Source: Victivallaceae bacterium
GTDB taxonomy: Bacteria > Verrucomicrobiota > Lentisphaeria > Victivallales > Victivallaceae
Direction: 5' to 3'
Assembly (NCBI GenBank): GCA_045585955.1
Contig: JAZMZK010000018.1
Location: 25,450-89,449 of the forward strand
Length of the DNA stretch: 64,000 bases
Shown here in pieces: positions 7,884-19,200 of this stretch (its first letter is position 1; the number at the start of each line of letters is the position of its first letter). The position numbers and the translations under genes are program-made. The notes below the pieces were generated by a model. That model saw only the letters and a program-made list of their open reading frames with translations, ran no database searches and was not told the origin of the DNA.

Positions 7884-10739
7884 ATGAAAAAACTCTCCAT
7901 CATCGCCCTCGCCTGTCTGACCTCTGCGGCTTTACCGGCTGCTGTACAAATTGAAGAAATGCCTGATGCTGTAAAAATTGCCAACGACCGCATTTCGGCA
8001 GTTATTACGGCTACCGGCGGGCGGCTTGCCAGCTTGAAGGTTCTGAAAAATAATCTTGAATATGCGCATGGTTTTTCCGAAGCCAAACTCAAGAGCAACA
8101 CACTGGCAGCCAGCGACGGCTTTGCCAAAAGCCGGGTCTATGATACTCCGAGCGATAAAACTCTTTATCAAAATAAATATAAGTTGCGGGTGGTTCGTAA
8201 AAGTTCCACAGAAGCAGTCGTTGAGGCTGTCGGCAAATCAGTATCCGGTCTGATCAAAGGTTTGGAAATCATTCACCGCTACACTCTCCGTGACGGCGAA
8301 CAGCGGATAATTTTTGAACAGCTTTTCCGGTCAGACACCACCAATGTAAAGTTCTCGCCGTGGATCCATAATGCTCCGCAGCTGCCGGACAGCGTTGCCG
8401 AAAAGAACACTGTTCGTATTTTTGCCCAGAGCAAACAGGGCATTTACAGTACCCCGGTAATAAAATCCCCGCAGGTACACAATATGTTGCAGGATGCAGC
8501 TGAAGGCTGGATCGGTTTTGCCGGAACCAACAATCAAGGTATCTGCATGGTTGCCGATGTTCGCAAATTAGCCCACTTTTACAGCTGGCTGGGCAGTGAA
8601 TACTTTTGCACGACCGAGTTTGTTTTTTTGCCGGTAAAAATGGCCGATGGCAGCAATGCTGCCAACCAACTTTGCTACATACCGGTAAGCGGCTTGGATA
8701 ACTTTAAGCTGGCAACTGCCGAATATGTTGCCGGTATTGCTCAAAACTCGCTTAAACTTTTTGCCGCAGTCCCGGCAAAAACACTAAAGATCACCTGTTC
8801 GCTCAACGGTAAAACAGTCAGTAAAACTTACAATAAAATTCAAGCGGCATCTTGCGTAACACTTCCCCTGCCCGGCTGGAAAAATACTGCTGATGCTAAT
8901 GTAAAAATTGAATTCAACGGAAAAAATCACAATCACAATGTACGATTCAATGCCGACCGTAATTACAACGAAACTAAAACGGCTGCCACTTTCAAAAAAA
9001 CCACCATTCGCATCGGGCTTAACATGACCCATGCCAACGATGTGATCTACCTGGCAAGCAATATACATAATCCGGTACATTTCGGGTTGCGTGCCAACTA
9101 CAAAGGCAAAAAGCCGCCCAAAAGCAAACTGTTTCTGGAAGTGCCTGACTGCGTAAAGGTGGTTAAGCCTTCGCTCAAAACAGTCAAGAAATCCCGGATC
9201 ACCCGTAATGGTAAACCCTATACTCAATATGTGTTCAATAACCATCGCGGCAGTTACTACGCAGTGTTGAATATGTTTATGACCACCACCCTGCCCGCTG
9301 GCAAAAAAACTGAAGTTTACTATTATGCCCAGAGCAGTTTAGGTAAGCAGAAACCGCAAGTGCTGCCGGTCGTTTCGGTCGATTTCCGCCCCATCAGGCG
9401 CATTCCCGGGAAACTGGTTGCCGGAATCGGTTTTTACGGAGCGGAAGTTTGCCGCCGCTGGCCGGATATATTCAACAGTCTCAAACAATGCGGGATGAAT
9501 GTCATATCGCTTTCCGGTTATGATGTCAACCCGGAGAATTTCCGTGAATTGGTGCTTAAAGCTAAACAAAATAATTTTTATGTTACCGGCAATACCAGCC
9601 CTACGCATAAAGTACCAGGTTTGAAAAACGAACCGGAAGGCTGGGTAGTGAACCTTGAAGGCAAGCGTGATATGATGCTCTGCCCCACCTACCGCGGCAA
9701 AGCATTTGCTGCCGAAGTGGATAAAGTGACCAAACATGCCGAAGCCGGTGTGGCAATAGCTTACTGGGATACAGAAAACTGGACCCGCCGTGAGTATTGC
9801 TTCTGTTCCCGCTGTATAGAAAAGTTTGAACAGTATTTCAAAACCCAATACCCAAATGAAAAATATCTTTCGCCTATGCAGTTCGAGCTTGATCCGGGCA
9901 AGCACCCGCAACTTCACACAGCATGGTGCAACTTCCGTCTGGCGATCGGTGCTGAATTTTTTAATGAAATCACCAAAGAATACCGCCGTAAACTTAACGC
10001 TTCCGGCATAAATGGCATGGCACCCGCAGGATATTCTTTAATAACCGGGCTTTACAATGTTACCCCCAAAAGGATCTATCACCATTTTATGCGTTATGAA
10101 GAACTGGCATCTGCCGGAGCGGTCAATGTAACCATGCCCAGTTACTATTACAGCGGCGATGCCTACCGTACCGGGCTTGCGGTAAAGAAAGTTCGCAAAG
10201 CAATGAACAACTCCCGTATCATCCCATGGATCTGCGGTGGAGCCGGACCGGAATATGAAAGTACCGCCATAAATCACAAATTTGTGCTGCTGGAAATCTT
10301 TTTCAACGGCTGCATGGGCTTTACGACCTGGCCCTGGATGGGCTGGGATGCGCTGGATCTCAAATACATAGCTGAAGTAATGAATATGGCGGTTCCGCTG
10401 GAAAATATCATAGTAAACGGCACGGTAGATGATACTTTGAAGAGCGATCAGGAACATGTCCGCATTGCTGCTTTGCGATTGAAAAATGAAATGACTGTCT
10501 TGTTAAGCGATTACTACCACGATCATCTGGTAGAAAACAAGTTAACTGTTACAGTCCAAGAACCATGCAAACTCTTTGATGTGGAATCCGGTACTTTGAT
10601 TGCCGAACTGAAAAAAGGAATCAACACGGTGTTGATTCCTGCACACAATGAAAGTGCCCGTTTGTTTTATGTGGGCAAGCAGGCGCCGAAAACCGATTTT
10701 ACAATTCCATTGGCAAAATTTGTAAAGAAAAAAAAGTGA
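7884..10739 (+). CDS. Large secreted protein of unknown function (possible carbohydrate-active TIM-barrel C-terminal half)
   Basis: The start was moved to the ATG at 7884 (AGGGG RBS), which yields a signal peptide MKKLSIIALACLTSAALPAAVQ. The ORF is 951 aa and a hairpin terminator follows. No confident family assignment was made from sequence alone. Confidence 0.75.
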   Translation: MKKLSIIALACLTSAALPAAVQIEEMPDAVKIANDRISAVITATGGRLASLKVLKNNLEYAHGFSEAKLKSNTLAASDGFAKSRVYDTPSDKTLYQNKYKLRVVRKSSTEAVVEAVGKSVSGLIKGLEIIHRYTLRDGEQRIIFEQLFRSDTTNVKFSPWIHNAPQLPDSVAEKNTVRIFAQSKQGIYSTPVIKSPQVHNMLQDAAEGWIGFAGTNNQGICMVADVRKLAHFYSWLGSEYFCTTEFVFLPVKMADGSNAANQLCYIPVSGLDNFKLATAEYVAGIAQNSLKLFAAVPAKTLKITCSLNGKTVSKTYNKIQAASCVTLPLPGWKNTADANVKIEFNGKNHNHNVRFNADRNYNETKTAATFKKTTIRIGLNMTHANDVIYLASNIHNPVHFGLRANYKGKKPPKSKLFLEVPDCVKVVKPSLKTVKKSRITRNGKPYTQYVFNNHRGSYYAVLNMFMTTTLPAGKKTEVYYYAQSSLGKQKPQVLPVVSVDFRPIRRIPGKLVAGIGFYGAEVCRRWPDIFNSLKQCGMNVISLSGYDVNPENFRELVLKAKQNNFYVTGNTSPTHKVPGLKNEPEGWVVNLEGKRDMMLCPTYRGKAFAAEVDKVTKHAEAGVAIAYWDTENWTRREYCFCSRCIEKFEQYFKTQYPNEKYLSPMQFELDPGKHPQLHTAWCNFRLAIGAEFFNEITKEYRRKLNASGINGMAPAGYSLITGLYNVTPKRIYHHFMRYEELASAGAVNVTMPSYYYSGDAYRTGLAVKKVRKAMNNSRIIPWICGGAGPEYESTAINHKFVLLEIFFNGCMGFTTWPWMGWDALDLKYIAEVMNMAVPLENIIVNGTVDDTLKSDQEHVRIAALRLKNEMTVLLSDYYHDHLVENKLTVTVQEPCKLFDVESGTLIAELKKGINTVLIPAHNESARLFYVGKQAPKTDFTIPLAKFVKKKK

Positions 10740-10777
10740 TTGCCAGCCTTTATGCAAAGGCTGATACTATAAAAAAA

Positions 10778-10817
10778 GAGCCGTCAGCAAAACTTTATGC
10801 TGCGGCTCATTTTTTAT
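10778..10817 (+). terminator. Rho-independent terminator
   Basis: A gagccgtcagca / tgctgcggctc stem with one bulge is followed by attttttat. Confidence 0.5.
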
Positions 10818-10823
10818 ACCTTT

Positions 10824-11942
10824 TCAAACAACATTTTCCAAGTGATCAACCATCACCCCTGCCCGGCGGTAAAACTCACTTGAGTTGGCACTCTGCAATA
10901 CTTTACAGCTTAAATCGTCAAGATTATTTACCGCAAAGTTCAATGCTTTATTGAGAGCTTCGGCGGTAAATGGTTCAGGAGTTACCAGTTCTGGAGCAAA
11001 CTTTGCTGTGTAGTCCGCATAGCCGCAAGCAGCGGAAGCGATTACCGGTATTCCGATTGCCAATGATTCAACAATAACCGTCCCGGTGGCTTCTTTTCTT
11101 GCGGGGTGGATCATCAAATCTGCTGCGGCGATCAATTCCGCTATATTGCTGCATGCTCCGGCAAAAATCACATTATCCCCTGCCCTGCAACTGTCGGCAA
11201 TTTTTTGATATTTTTCGATTTCGCCGCCCCCAATTACCAGCAAACGGCAATCTTTATCGGAATTTTTTTGCAGCACTGCCAATGCTGCAATAGAGCGATC
11301 GACGCCTTTTACCCCAAACTGGGCTGCCACTTGAATAATCAAAAGAGCGTTTTCCGGTATATTATATTGCTGCCGGATCTTTTGCCGGACTTGCGGAATA
11401 TTTTCCGGCCTGCGGCAAGCATTATCGATCCCCGCCGGCATCACCCTGAACCTTTCAGCAGGAGTGTTATAAAACTTTTTATAGTCGCAAACCTGCTGAT
11501 TGGTCAGAGCCAAGATTTTTGTAACACTTTCCGGGGCAAAAACTTTGCGTTCCAGCTCAAGAAAAGTCCGGTAGCGGGGGAGCAACTTCAACACCCAGCG
11601 GTTGTGGAGTTTTCCCCAGTCAGCAGCCAGACAATTATCGGCAGCAAAGTAATAGTTTCCGCCGGGAATACGGCTGAACATCAGAACATTGTCGTATTTC
11701 TCCCGGGCGATCAGTTTATTGACATCTTCAGCAAAAGAAGCCATTTTACGGTGATTGCTCCAGCCGGAAACCGGGACTTTCACCACCTGAAAGAATTCGT
11801 TTTCTTCCAGCGGCGACTCCTGCACAGCAAAGTACGCAGTAACTTTATGCCCCCGGCTCAAAGCTTCGTGCAAAGTACGCAAAAAGTCTTTCTGAAGCCC
11901 GCCGTGGGGGAAAAATCGGTATAACACAAAAGCAAAATGCAT
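10824..11942 (-). CDS. Glycosyltransferase family 4 (RfaG/WaaG-like)
   Basis: The start was set at the ATG at 11942 (AAGGAG RBS), giving MHFAFVLYRFFPHGGLQKD. A C-terminal GT-B motif is present (HPARKEATGTVIVESLAIGIPVIAS). Confidence 0.85.
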   Translation of the reverse strand: MHFAFVLYRFFPHGGLQKDFLRTLHEALSRGHKVTAYFAVQESPLEENEFFQVVKVPVSGWSNHRKMASFAEDVNKLIAREKYDNVLMFSRIPGGNYYFAADNCLAADWGKLHNRWVLKLLPRYRTFLELERKVFAPESVTKILALTNQQVCDYKKFYNTPAERFRVMPAGIDNACRRPENIPQVRQKIRQQYNIPENALLIIQVAAQFGVKGVDRSIAALAVLQKNSDKDCRLLVIGGGEIEKYQKIADSCRAGDNVIFAGACSNIAELIAAADLMIHPARKEATGTVIVESLAIGIPVIASAACGYADYTAKFAPELVTPEPFTAEALNKALNFAVNNLDDLSCKVLQSANSSEFYRRAGVMVDHLENVV

Positions 11943-12058
11943 AAAAAAACACTCCTTACTGTGTTTAATATAACGCCGGAGAAAAAATTTGCAAGCAAAG
12001 AAAAACTCCGATTCCTGCAGAACCGGAGTTTTTTTCTCAAGTTTATTTTCAAGAATAA

Positions 12059-12460
12059 TCAAATTATCAGCCAGGAACCTTTGACTTTCTGCAAATTCAG
12101 TGTTTCGGTTTTCGTTTTCTTATCTTTGGTATAAGAGTATTTTACCTCTGCTTTATTGCCGGTAATTTTTTCTGAAATGATTTTTGCGTTTGCCAGCGGG
12201 GTAAAATCTTTTTTGGTATCTTCTTTCAGGCTGGGAACTTCTTTGGTCATTTTTTCCAGAAATTCGATCAGTTTTTTCATTTCATCGGCAACTACATATT
12301 TTCTGGCAACAGCAAAGTCAGACTTTGCCATTGCGGTATAAAATGTTTTTACAGCCGCTGCCGGACTTCCGGAGCTTACAGGGGCATTTTTTGCAGCAAG
12401 ATCACTTGTAAGCATAAATGCAAACAACACAGCTGCAACGGTTAAAACAAACTTTTTCAT
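12059..12460 (-). CDS. Small secreted/lipoprotein-like protein (DUF4878-like)
   Basis: The ATG at 12460 has an AAGGAG RBS. A signal peptide MKKFVLTVAAVLFAFMLTS is present, and the ~130-aa NTF2-like length fits the family. Confidence 0.65.
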   Translation of the reverse strand: MKKFVLTVAAVLFAFMLTSDLAAKNAPVSSGSPAAAVKTFYTAMAKSDFAVARKYVVADEMKKLIEFLEKMTKEVPSLKEDTKKDFTPLANAKIISEKITGNKAEVKYSYTKDKKTKTETLNLQKVKGSWLII

Positions 12461-12657
12461 ACAAGAAACTCCTTTCATTATGGGTGTTCTCCGGTACTAT
12501 AACCGCATGTTTTCAGAATGGCAAATTTTAATTAAAAAAATATCAAAAAAACTAAAAAAAATTCTTGACAAGAACCTTATGCTATGGTATATTCCCCTCC
12601 CGCAAAATTCCGGGGAATTTTTATCCATCAACAACATAAAAAAAAAGGAGTGCCAGC

Positions 12658-13416
12658 ATGAAAAAATCTACCGTCGCAATCATCTCAATTTCCATCGCCG
12701 CCCTTACCGTAGGTATGGTGCTTTCTGCATTTATGTTGAGCCGCTTCATGCTTAAAATCCAGCGCACTACCGAAAAAAGCATTACTGTAAAAGGCGTTGC
12801 CGAAAAACAGGTCAAGTCCGATATAGCAGCTTTTACCGCCTCCGTAAGTATAAAGGCCAAAAGCAAGGCAGAGGGTTATGTTGCGCTGGAAAAAACCGCA
12901 AAAGTATTCCGCGCAAAACTTGACAGTTTAGGCTTTACAGATAATATGCGGGAAGATGAATCCATTTATTGTGCTGAAATCAACCGTACGATCGTTACAA
13001 AAGAACGCAACGGCAAAGAGACCCGGGAAGATATTTTCGACCACTATTATTTGACTTACCGGGTGCGGATCCGTACCAATCTGGTTGCTACAGTGGCGAA
13101 AAATCACCTTAAAATCTACGAACTTACCGCCCGCAAACTTGATGTAGAAGTCAGTAAACCGCAATACTATATCGGCAACCCGGAGCAGTATAAGCTGGAA
13201 TTGGTCAACGCCGCCAGCGCCTCTGCCGCTGAACGGGCAAGAACCGCCGCCCACCACAGCGGTAGCAAACTGGGGCCGCTGATGACCGCCCGACAGGGGG
13301 TGATCCAGATCACCCGTCCTGCCAGCAGCGAAACCAGCGACTACGGCATGTATGACACCTCAAGCGTGGAAAAGGTGATCCGGCTGGTTATGACCATGGA
13401 ATTTGAATTGAAGTAA
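12658..13416 (+). CDS. SIMPL (DUF541) domain protein
   Basis: AAGGAG RBS and an N-terminal TM helix. ITVKGVAEKQVKSDIAAFTASV and the overall 250-aa architecture are typical of SIMPL/BP26-like proteins. Confidence 0.75.
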   Translation: MKKSTVAIISISIAALTVGMVLSAFMLSRFMLKIQRTTEKSITVKGVAEKQVKSDIAAFTASVSIKAKSKAEGYVALEKTAKVFRAKLDSLGFTDNMREDESIYCAEINRTIVTKERNGKETREDIFDHYYLTYRVRIRTNLVATVAKNHLKIYELTARKLDVEVSKPQYYIGNPEQYKLELVNAASASAAERARTAAHHSGSKLGPLMTARQGVIQITRPASSETSDYGMYDTSSVEKVIRLVMTMEFELK

Positions 13417-13435
13417 AATTTTTCAAGTCAAAAGC

Positions 13436-13476
13436 AACTCCGGCAGAAGCGTGAACTTTTGCCGGAGTTTTTTATT
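13436..13476. terminator. Hairpin terminator between convergent genes
   Basis: aactccggc (13436-13444) pairs with gccggagtt (13461-13469) and is followed by ttttatt. Confidence 0.6.
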
Positions 13477-13483
13477 GGTTGAA

Positions 13484-15181
13484 TCACAAACAGCTTTTTA
13501 TATAAGTCATCTCTTCAGCAGTAAGTTGATAACACTGATAAATCATATTTTGCAGCTTGCAGTCATCACCCCTGCCCTGTAAAATAAGGTCGATTTGTTC
13601 TTCGATCGCTCTTTGCGGTGCTGTTTCAATATGAGGCAGCGGCAGTTCAATCAGATTACCCTTTAAGATTTTCATATCGCCGAACCGCATCTTATAGTAA
13701 TAGCGTAAAACTTCGCTGTTGAGCAATGCCAGAATTGTTTTTATACTCAACTGTGGTATTTTCGGTATAAGCATATTGGCACTGTTTAAAAGCAGGCTGC
13801 CGGTATTATCGTAAGCAAAAACCAACTCTTTGCTGATAAATTTGTAAACCAGTTTCTCCCCTGCCCGATAATATTCATCTTTGGCGACCTGCTGGAACTG
13901 TGTCCGTTCATAAAAAAGATATTTCCGGGGAGCAAGCAATTTATAACGCCCGATCTCTTTACCGGTACAAACAGCTTCCATGCCAGCTTGACATGTATCA
14001 GAAAGTTTATTTTTATTATCGCCGGTGACGATTCCCAATGCAAAAATACTTTTCGCAAGATCATATTTTCTGCAAGATTCAATTTTTTTCAGCAATACTT
14101 TATCTTTTGGACCGGTAAAAGCGATTGTGTAATTGAAATTAGTTATAAGTTCTTCCTGATCCAGTTGAACAAATCTTCCATCTCTGACCAAAGTTACAGT
14201 TTCTGTGGCCGGAACATTGACAACTTCAATATTTACATATTTGCTCATTACACCGGAAAAACTGCCTTGCAAAAAAGAAATTTTCGTAAGATTGCACTCA
14301 TTTAATATAAACCGCCGCAACTCTTTGTGCGCTCGAATATTCAATACCGCTTCCGGCAATAAAAAGCAACATGCACCACCTTTTTCAAGTTGCTGATAAG
14401 CCTTGTAAAAAAAGCTGGCAAAAGTATCCTGTCTGTTACCTGCATTCAACCGGAGCTGCCGATTGTTTTTAGCGCCCCAAGGCGGATTGGTGGCAATCAA
14501 GTCAAATCTTTTTTGCAGAATGTGGCAGGCACTCGCAGTCAAATAGTTCAAGTTGTATATATGGGGTATAAACTCAAACTGTTTATACCTGCAAAGTAAA
14601 TTCACTTTAGCAATAAATACCGCTGTATCATCCAGATCGCATCCCCAAAGCTGTTCAGGAGTGCTTGCCTTTACCGCCAGCAGAAACGCCCCAGTTCCGC
14701 AACATGGGTCAAGCATGTTTTGACCGTCCGCCAACGGTCGGTCTGCCAGCATGCTTTGAGCAACATCGCAGGGGGTGTAATAAGCACCGGCAATATTTTT
14801 TTCGCCCTCGCTCAATAAACATTGATAGATAAAACCCAATATATCCCATTCCTCAAGCGGCAGATTTTCAAGCGGCAGCTCTTCTGCAAATTTTCCGGGA
14901 AAAGTTGATAAAACATCCTTTACATGTTTTTTATCAAAAATACCATGCTTTTGCAGCAGTTTTACAGCCAAACTGCAAATAATATCTGCCCGGGGTAAGG
15001 ATTTTTTTTCAGCAAAACTTAAAAATTCGACTACCCATGCATGAGTTTTTTTATCAAGCAAATACTCTTTGGGAAAGATTTTTTTTACGGAACAGCTTTT
15101 GTTGGCACCACGCAGCAATTTAACGGCGGGATCACTTTTTAATCTTTGCCAATTTGCCCGGGTGGCATGGGAAATTTTCAC
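13484..15181 (-). CDS. N6-adenine DNA methyltransferase (gamma-class, Eco57I/TaqI-like) with C-terminal target-recognition domain
   Basis: It has the AdoMet motif MLDPCCGTGAFLLAV and the catalytic motif IV LIATNPPWG. The GTG start directly abuts the TGA of the upstream kinase gene (TGAGTG). No nuclease gene is adjacent. Confidence 0.85.
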   Translation of the reverse strand: MKISHATRANWQRLKSDPAVKLLRGANKSCSVKKIFPKEYLLDKKTHAWVVEFLSFAEKKSLPRADIICSLAVKLLQKHGIFDKKHVKDVLSTFPGKFAEELPLENLPLEEWDILGFIYQCLLSEGEKNIAGAYYTPCDVAQSMLADRPLADGQNMLDPCCGTGAFLLAVKASTPEQLWGCDLDDTAVFIAKVNLLCRYKQFEFIPHIYNLNYLTASACHILQKRFDLIATNPPWGAKNNRQLRLNAGNRQDTFASFFYKAYQQLEKGGACCFLLPEAVLNIRAHKELRRFILNECNLTKISFLQGSFSGVMSKYVNIEVVNVPATETVTLVRDGRFVQLDQEELITNFNYTIAFTGPKDKVLLKKIESCRKYDLAKSIFALGIVTGDNKNKLSDTCQAGMEAVCTGKEIGRYKLLAPRKYLFYERTQFQQVAKDEYYRAGEKLVYKFISKELVFAYDNTGSLLLNSANMLIPKIPQLSIKTILALLNSEVLRYYYKMRFGDMKILKGNLIELPLPHIETAPQRAIEEQIDLILQGRGDDCKLQNMIYQCYQLTAEEMTYIKSCL

Positions 15182-16231
15182 TCACGCCTCCGGAGAGGTA
15201 TTGCCCCATTCGGCACATTTTACACCGCCGGTGACAATATTGGGTTTGACGATTTCGATTTGGTTGGCATTAAAAAGTTTTTTCAGAGCAGCAAAGTGCT
15301 TTTTGTCGTGATAAATACCGATGACCGCCCCGCCGGAACCGGTAAGTTTAGCCGCCGCGCCTAAAGAGTTTGCCAGCTCCACCATCCGGCGGTTTTTTAA
15401 GCTTACAGTAGTAGAGCAAACTTCACAACGCAGTTCAAAATTCCGCCGCAAACATTTTTCTATGGCAGGATAATCTTTCCGGCACAACGCTTCGGCAACC
15501 AGATCGGTCAAATGAGCCCACTCTTTGATTGCCGCCAGCACTGCGGGGACTTTATTATTGTAATCTTCCCGCAAACGGCTGTGGAGGATCTCCGAACCTT
15601 CAGCAAGGTCGGTACGGAAGGCTACAAATAAATTCAAGTCAGAAGGTATGGTTATTCCCCGATATATGCCGCAACCGGATTTTTCCATGTGTTCACGGTC
15701 AAAATCCATAAACACCGGCACATTATAGGCTTGTGCAACCCGATCCTGCAAACCGGCATCAATGCCCAACTCGTCGGTTTCCACAGCTAAAATAAGATTT
15801 GCCAGTTCGGGCAAACTTATTTCCACACCGTAAAACTCCTGTAAAGCTCTGATGCTGGCGGTGATGATCGCCGACGATCCCGCCAAGCCCAAACGGTTGG
15901 GTATGGTTGTACCGTAACGCATGGTAAAGTTGTTTTTGTGCAGAGCTATATTGTGTTCGTCACAATACTGTACAAAGCGTTTTATGCTTGCCTTCAGTAA
16001 GCGTATCCCGCCATAATAACCATACAACCCCACATCGTGTACCAGCTCCCGCACATTGGCAAAGCTGGGTTGATCCCGCAAGCTGGGCACCAGGTTCAGC
16101 TCCGGAGTTTCGTAGAGCATCACCTGGGCGGCGTAATTATCAAAGACAAAGGCAATGGTTTTGCCGTAGTATCCGTCCGACGGGTTGCCGATCAAAGCCG
16201 CCCGGGGGAATGCCTGCTTGCGGATAATCAT
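15182..16231 (-). CDS. GHMP-family sugar/metabolite kinase
   Basis: The GHMP motif PNRLGLAGSSAIITA is present in 349 aa. The start lies 2 nt from the ileS stop. Confidence 0.8.
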   Translation of the reverse strand: MIIRKQAFPRAALIGNPSDGYYGKTIAFVFDNYAAQVMLYETPELNLVPSLRDQPSFANVRELVHDVGLYGYYGGIRLLKASIKRFVQYCDEHNIALHKNNFTMRYGTTIPNRLGLAGSSAIITASIRALQEFYGVEISLPELANLILAVETDELGIDAGLQDRVAQAYNVPVFMDFDREHMEKSGCGIYRGITIPSDLNLFVAFRTDLAEGSEILHSRLREDYNNKVPAVLAAIKEWAHLTDLVAEALCRKDYPAIEKCLRRNFELRCEVCSTTVSLKNRRMVELANSLGAAAKLTGSGGAVIGIYHDKKHFAALKKLFNANQIEIVKPNIVTGGVKCAEWGNTSPEA

Positions 16232-16232
16232 T

Positions 16233-19200
16233 TTACGCCTTGCTCAAGCTCAAAGCAGCCTTGTGACCGTTGAGATCGACCTCGCCGGAACCCGCTACCA
16301 CGGTCATTTCCACAGCCAGAACTTCGTTTTTGATGTAATCAGCAAAGCTGTTGGCGGCGGCAACCACATTTTCGTCACCGGCAACGGTAAGCTTGATACG
16401 GTCGACCACTTCCAGATTGCTTTCTTTACGCAGATTCTGCACTTTGCTGACGATTTCCCGTGCCAGCCCTTCGGCTTCCAATTCAGCAGTCAGAGCTGTA
16501 TCCAGAGCAATTGTCACGCCGTTTTCGGTGGCGACCACCAGACCGGCTTTTTCGCTTCTCTGCACCAGCAAGTCTTCGGCAGCCATAGCAAACACGGTGC
16601 CGTCGGCAAGAGTAATATTGTACGCTTCACCGGCAAGAATTTTGCCGATGGTAACAGAATCGAGTTTTTCCACCAATGCGGCGGCTTCTTTCATATTCTT
16701 GCCCAGCTTTTTACCCATGACCTTGAAGTTGGCTTTAGCCGAACGGGTCACGAGGGCATCTTCGTTGTCAGAGAACTCAATGTTTTTCACATTCAATTCT
16801 TCGCCGATGATGTCCAAAGTACCGTTGAGCAGCTTGGCGCCTTCGGCATCGGGAGCCAGCAATACGGCACGGCTCAAAGGCTGACGCACCTTCAAATTGT
16901 GCTGGGTACGCAGGAAACGGCCCAGTTTGACCGCAGTCATGGTCAGGAACATCTGCCGTTCCAAAGCTTCGTCACGACAGGCAGCATCTGCCACCGGGTA
17001 GTCGCAGCAATGGACGGATTCGGGCATATCGGCAGTCCGCAGATTGTTGTAGATCGCTTCGGTCGTAAACGGTATAAAGGGAGCCGCCGCTTTGCAGAAC
17101 TCGATCAACACATAGTGCAATGTAGCATAGGCTTCCTGCTTGTCGCCATCGTCGGTGCTTTTCCAGAAACGGCGGCGGCTGCGGCGGATATACCAGTTGG
17201 TCAGATCGTCCACAAACTTTTCAAACCGGTTGGCGGCACGCTGCAAATTATAGCCATCCATTTCGGCAGTGATCTCTTCGACCATCTGGGTACAGCTGCT
17301 GATGATCCAGCGGTCAAGAGCGTTGGAAAGGTTCTGCGGCAGCTTGACGCCGTCTTTGGCTTCGTAGCCATCCACATTGGCATAAGTTACAAAGAAGCTG
17401 TAAGCGTTCCACATGGGGATCATCACATTACGCAGCACATCTTTGATGCCGTTTTCCGAAAACTTGAGGTCTTCGGCATGTACCACCTGACTGCCCAGCA
17501 TGAACAAACGCAGTGCATCAGCACCGTACTTGTTGACTACATCCATGGGGTCGGGATAGTTCTTCAACCGCTTGGACATCTTCTGACCGTTTTCGGCAAG
17601 AATAAGCCCGTTGACCACCACATGTTTGAATGCCGGCTTGTCAAAGAGCGCCGCACCAAGCACCACCAAAGTATAGAACCAGCCGCGGGTCTGGTCAAGA
17701 CCTTCAGCAATAAAGTCCGCCGGGTAGTTGGCTTCAAAGTGTTCTTTATTTTCAAAGGGATAATGCTGCTGGGCGTAGGGCATGGAGCCGGATTCAAACC
17801 AGCAGTCCAAAACTTCCGGAATACGCTTGAGCGGGCTTTTGCCGGTGGGGGAAGGTATTTCCAGTTTGTCGATAAAGTGCTTGTGCAAGTCATCGACTTT
17901 CTGACCGGTAAGTTCTTCCAGCTCGGCAGCGCTGCCAACGCAGATAACTTCGCCTTCTTCATTGCGCCAGATGGGCAGCGGAGTACCCCAATAGCGGTTG
18001 CGGCTGATCGCCCAGTCACGGGCATTTTCCAACCACTTGCCGAAACGACCTTCTTTCAGGTGTTCCGGGAACCAGGAGATTTCCTTATTTGCCTTGATCA
18101 TCTTGGCTTTGACTTCGTCAATTTTGACAAACCATGTGGAGATCGCCCGGTAGATCAGCGGGTGATCGTCACGCCAGCAATGGGGATAGTTGTGCTTGAT
18201 GGTGCCCCGGTGGATAAGTTTACCTTCGGCTTTCAAGCGGGCAATGACTTCGTTATCCACCTCTTTGACATATCTGCCCTGATAGTCCGGCACTTCAGCG
18301 GTAAAACAGCACTGATCGTCGATGGGACAGACTTCCGGCAAACCGGCGGCGTGACACACGGCGGCGTCATCTTCACCGAATCCGGGAGCGATATGCACGA
18401 TACCCGAACCATCTTCGGTACTGACATAAGCTGCCGCCAGCACCTGGAACGCACCATCTTTGCGCAAATCAGCAAAATAATTGAACAAGGGTTCGTAGGT
18501 TTTACCGGCAAGGTCGGAGCCTTTGTAACGCTCCACGATCTCCGGCATATCATTTTTGTAATAGGCACCCAAACGGGCTTCTGCCATAATGTAAAATTCG
18601 TCGCCGTCCTTGATTTTCACATAGTCGATTTCGGGGCCCACTGCCAGAGCAAGGTTGCTGGGGAGAGTCCACGGAGTAGTCGTCCATGCCACAAAGTAGG
18701 TGTTTTCTTCTTCCAAGCTCTTGAAACGGATGGTGATCGCCGGGTCAACAACTTCCATATACCCCTGATTGGCTTCAAAGTTGGAAAGCGGCGTGGCACA
18801 CCGGGGGCAGTAGGGCAGGATCTTGTAGCCTTCATAGATCATGCCTTTATCCCACAAACTTTTGAACACCCACCAGATGGATTCCATGTAATCCCGGTCC
18901 ATGGTACGGTAGCCGTTGCGGAAATCCACCCAGCGGCCCATACGGTTGACCACCCGTTCCCACTCGTTGGTGTAACGCAGCACGATAGAACGGCAGGCTT
19001 CGTTGAATTTATCGATACCGTATTCTTCGATGGCTTTTTTGTTGTTCAAAGCCAGAATTTTTTCCATCTCGTTTTCTACCGGCAGACCGTGGCAGTCCCA
19101 GCCGAAAGTACGGCGGACGAATTTGCCCCGCATAGTCTGATAACGGGGCACCACATCTTTGATGGTACCAGCCAGCAAGTGGCCGTAGTGGGGCATACCC

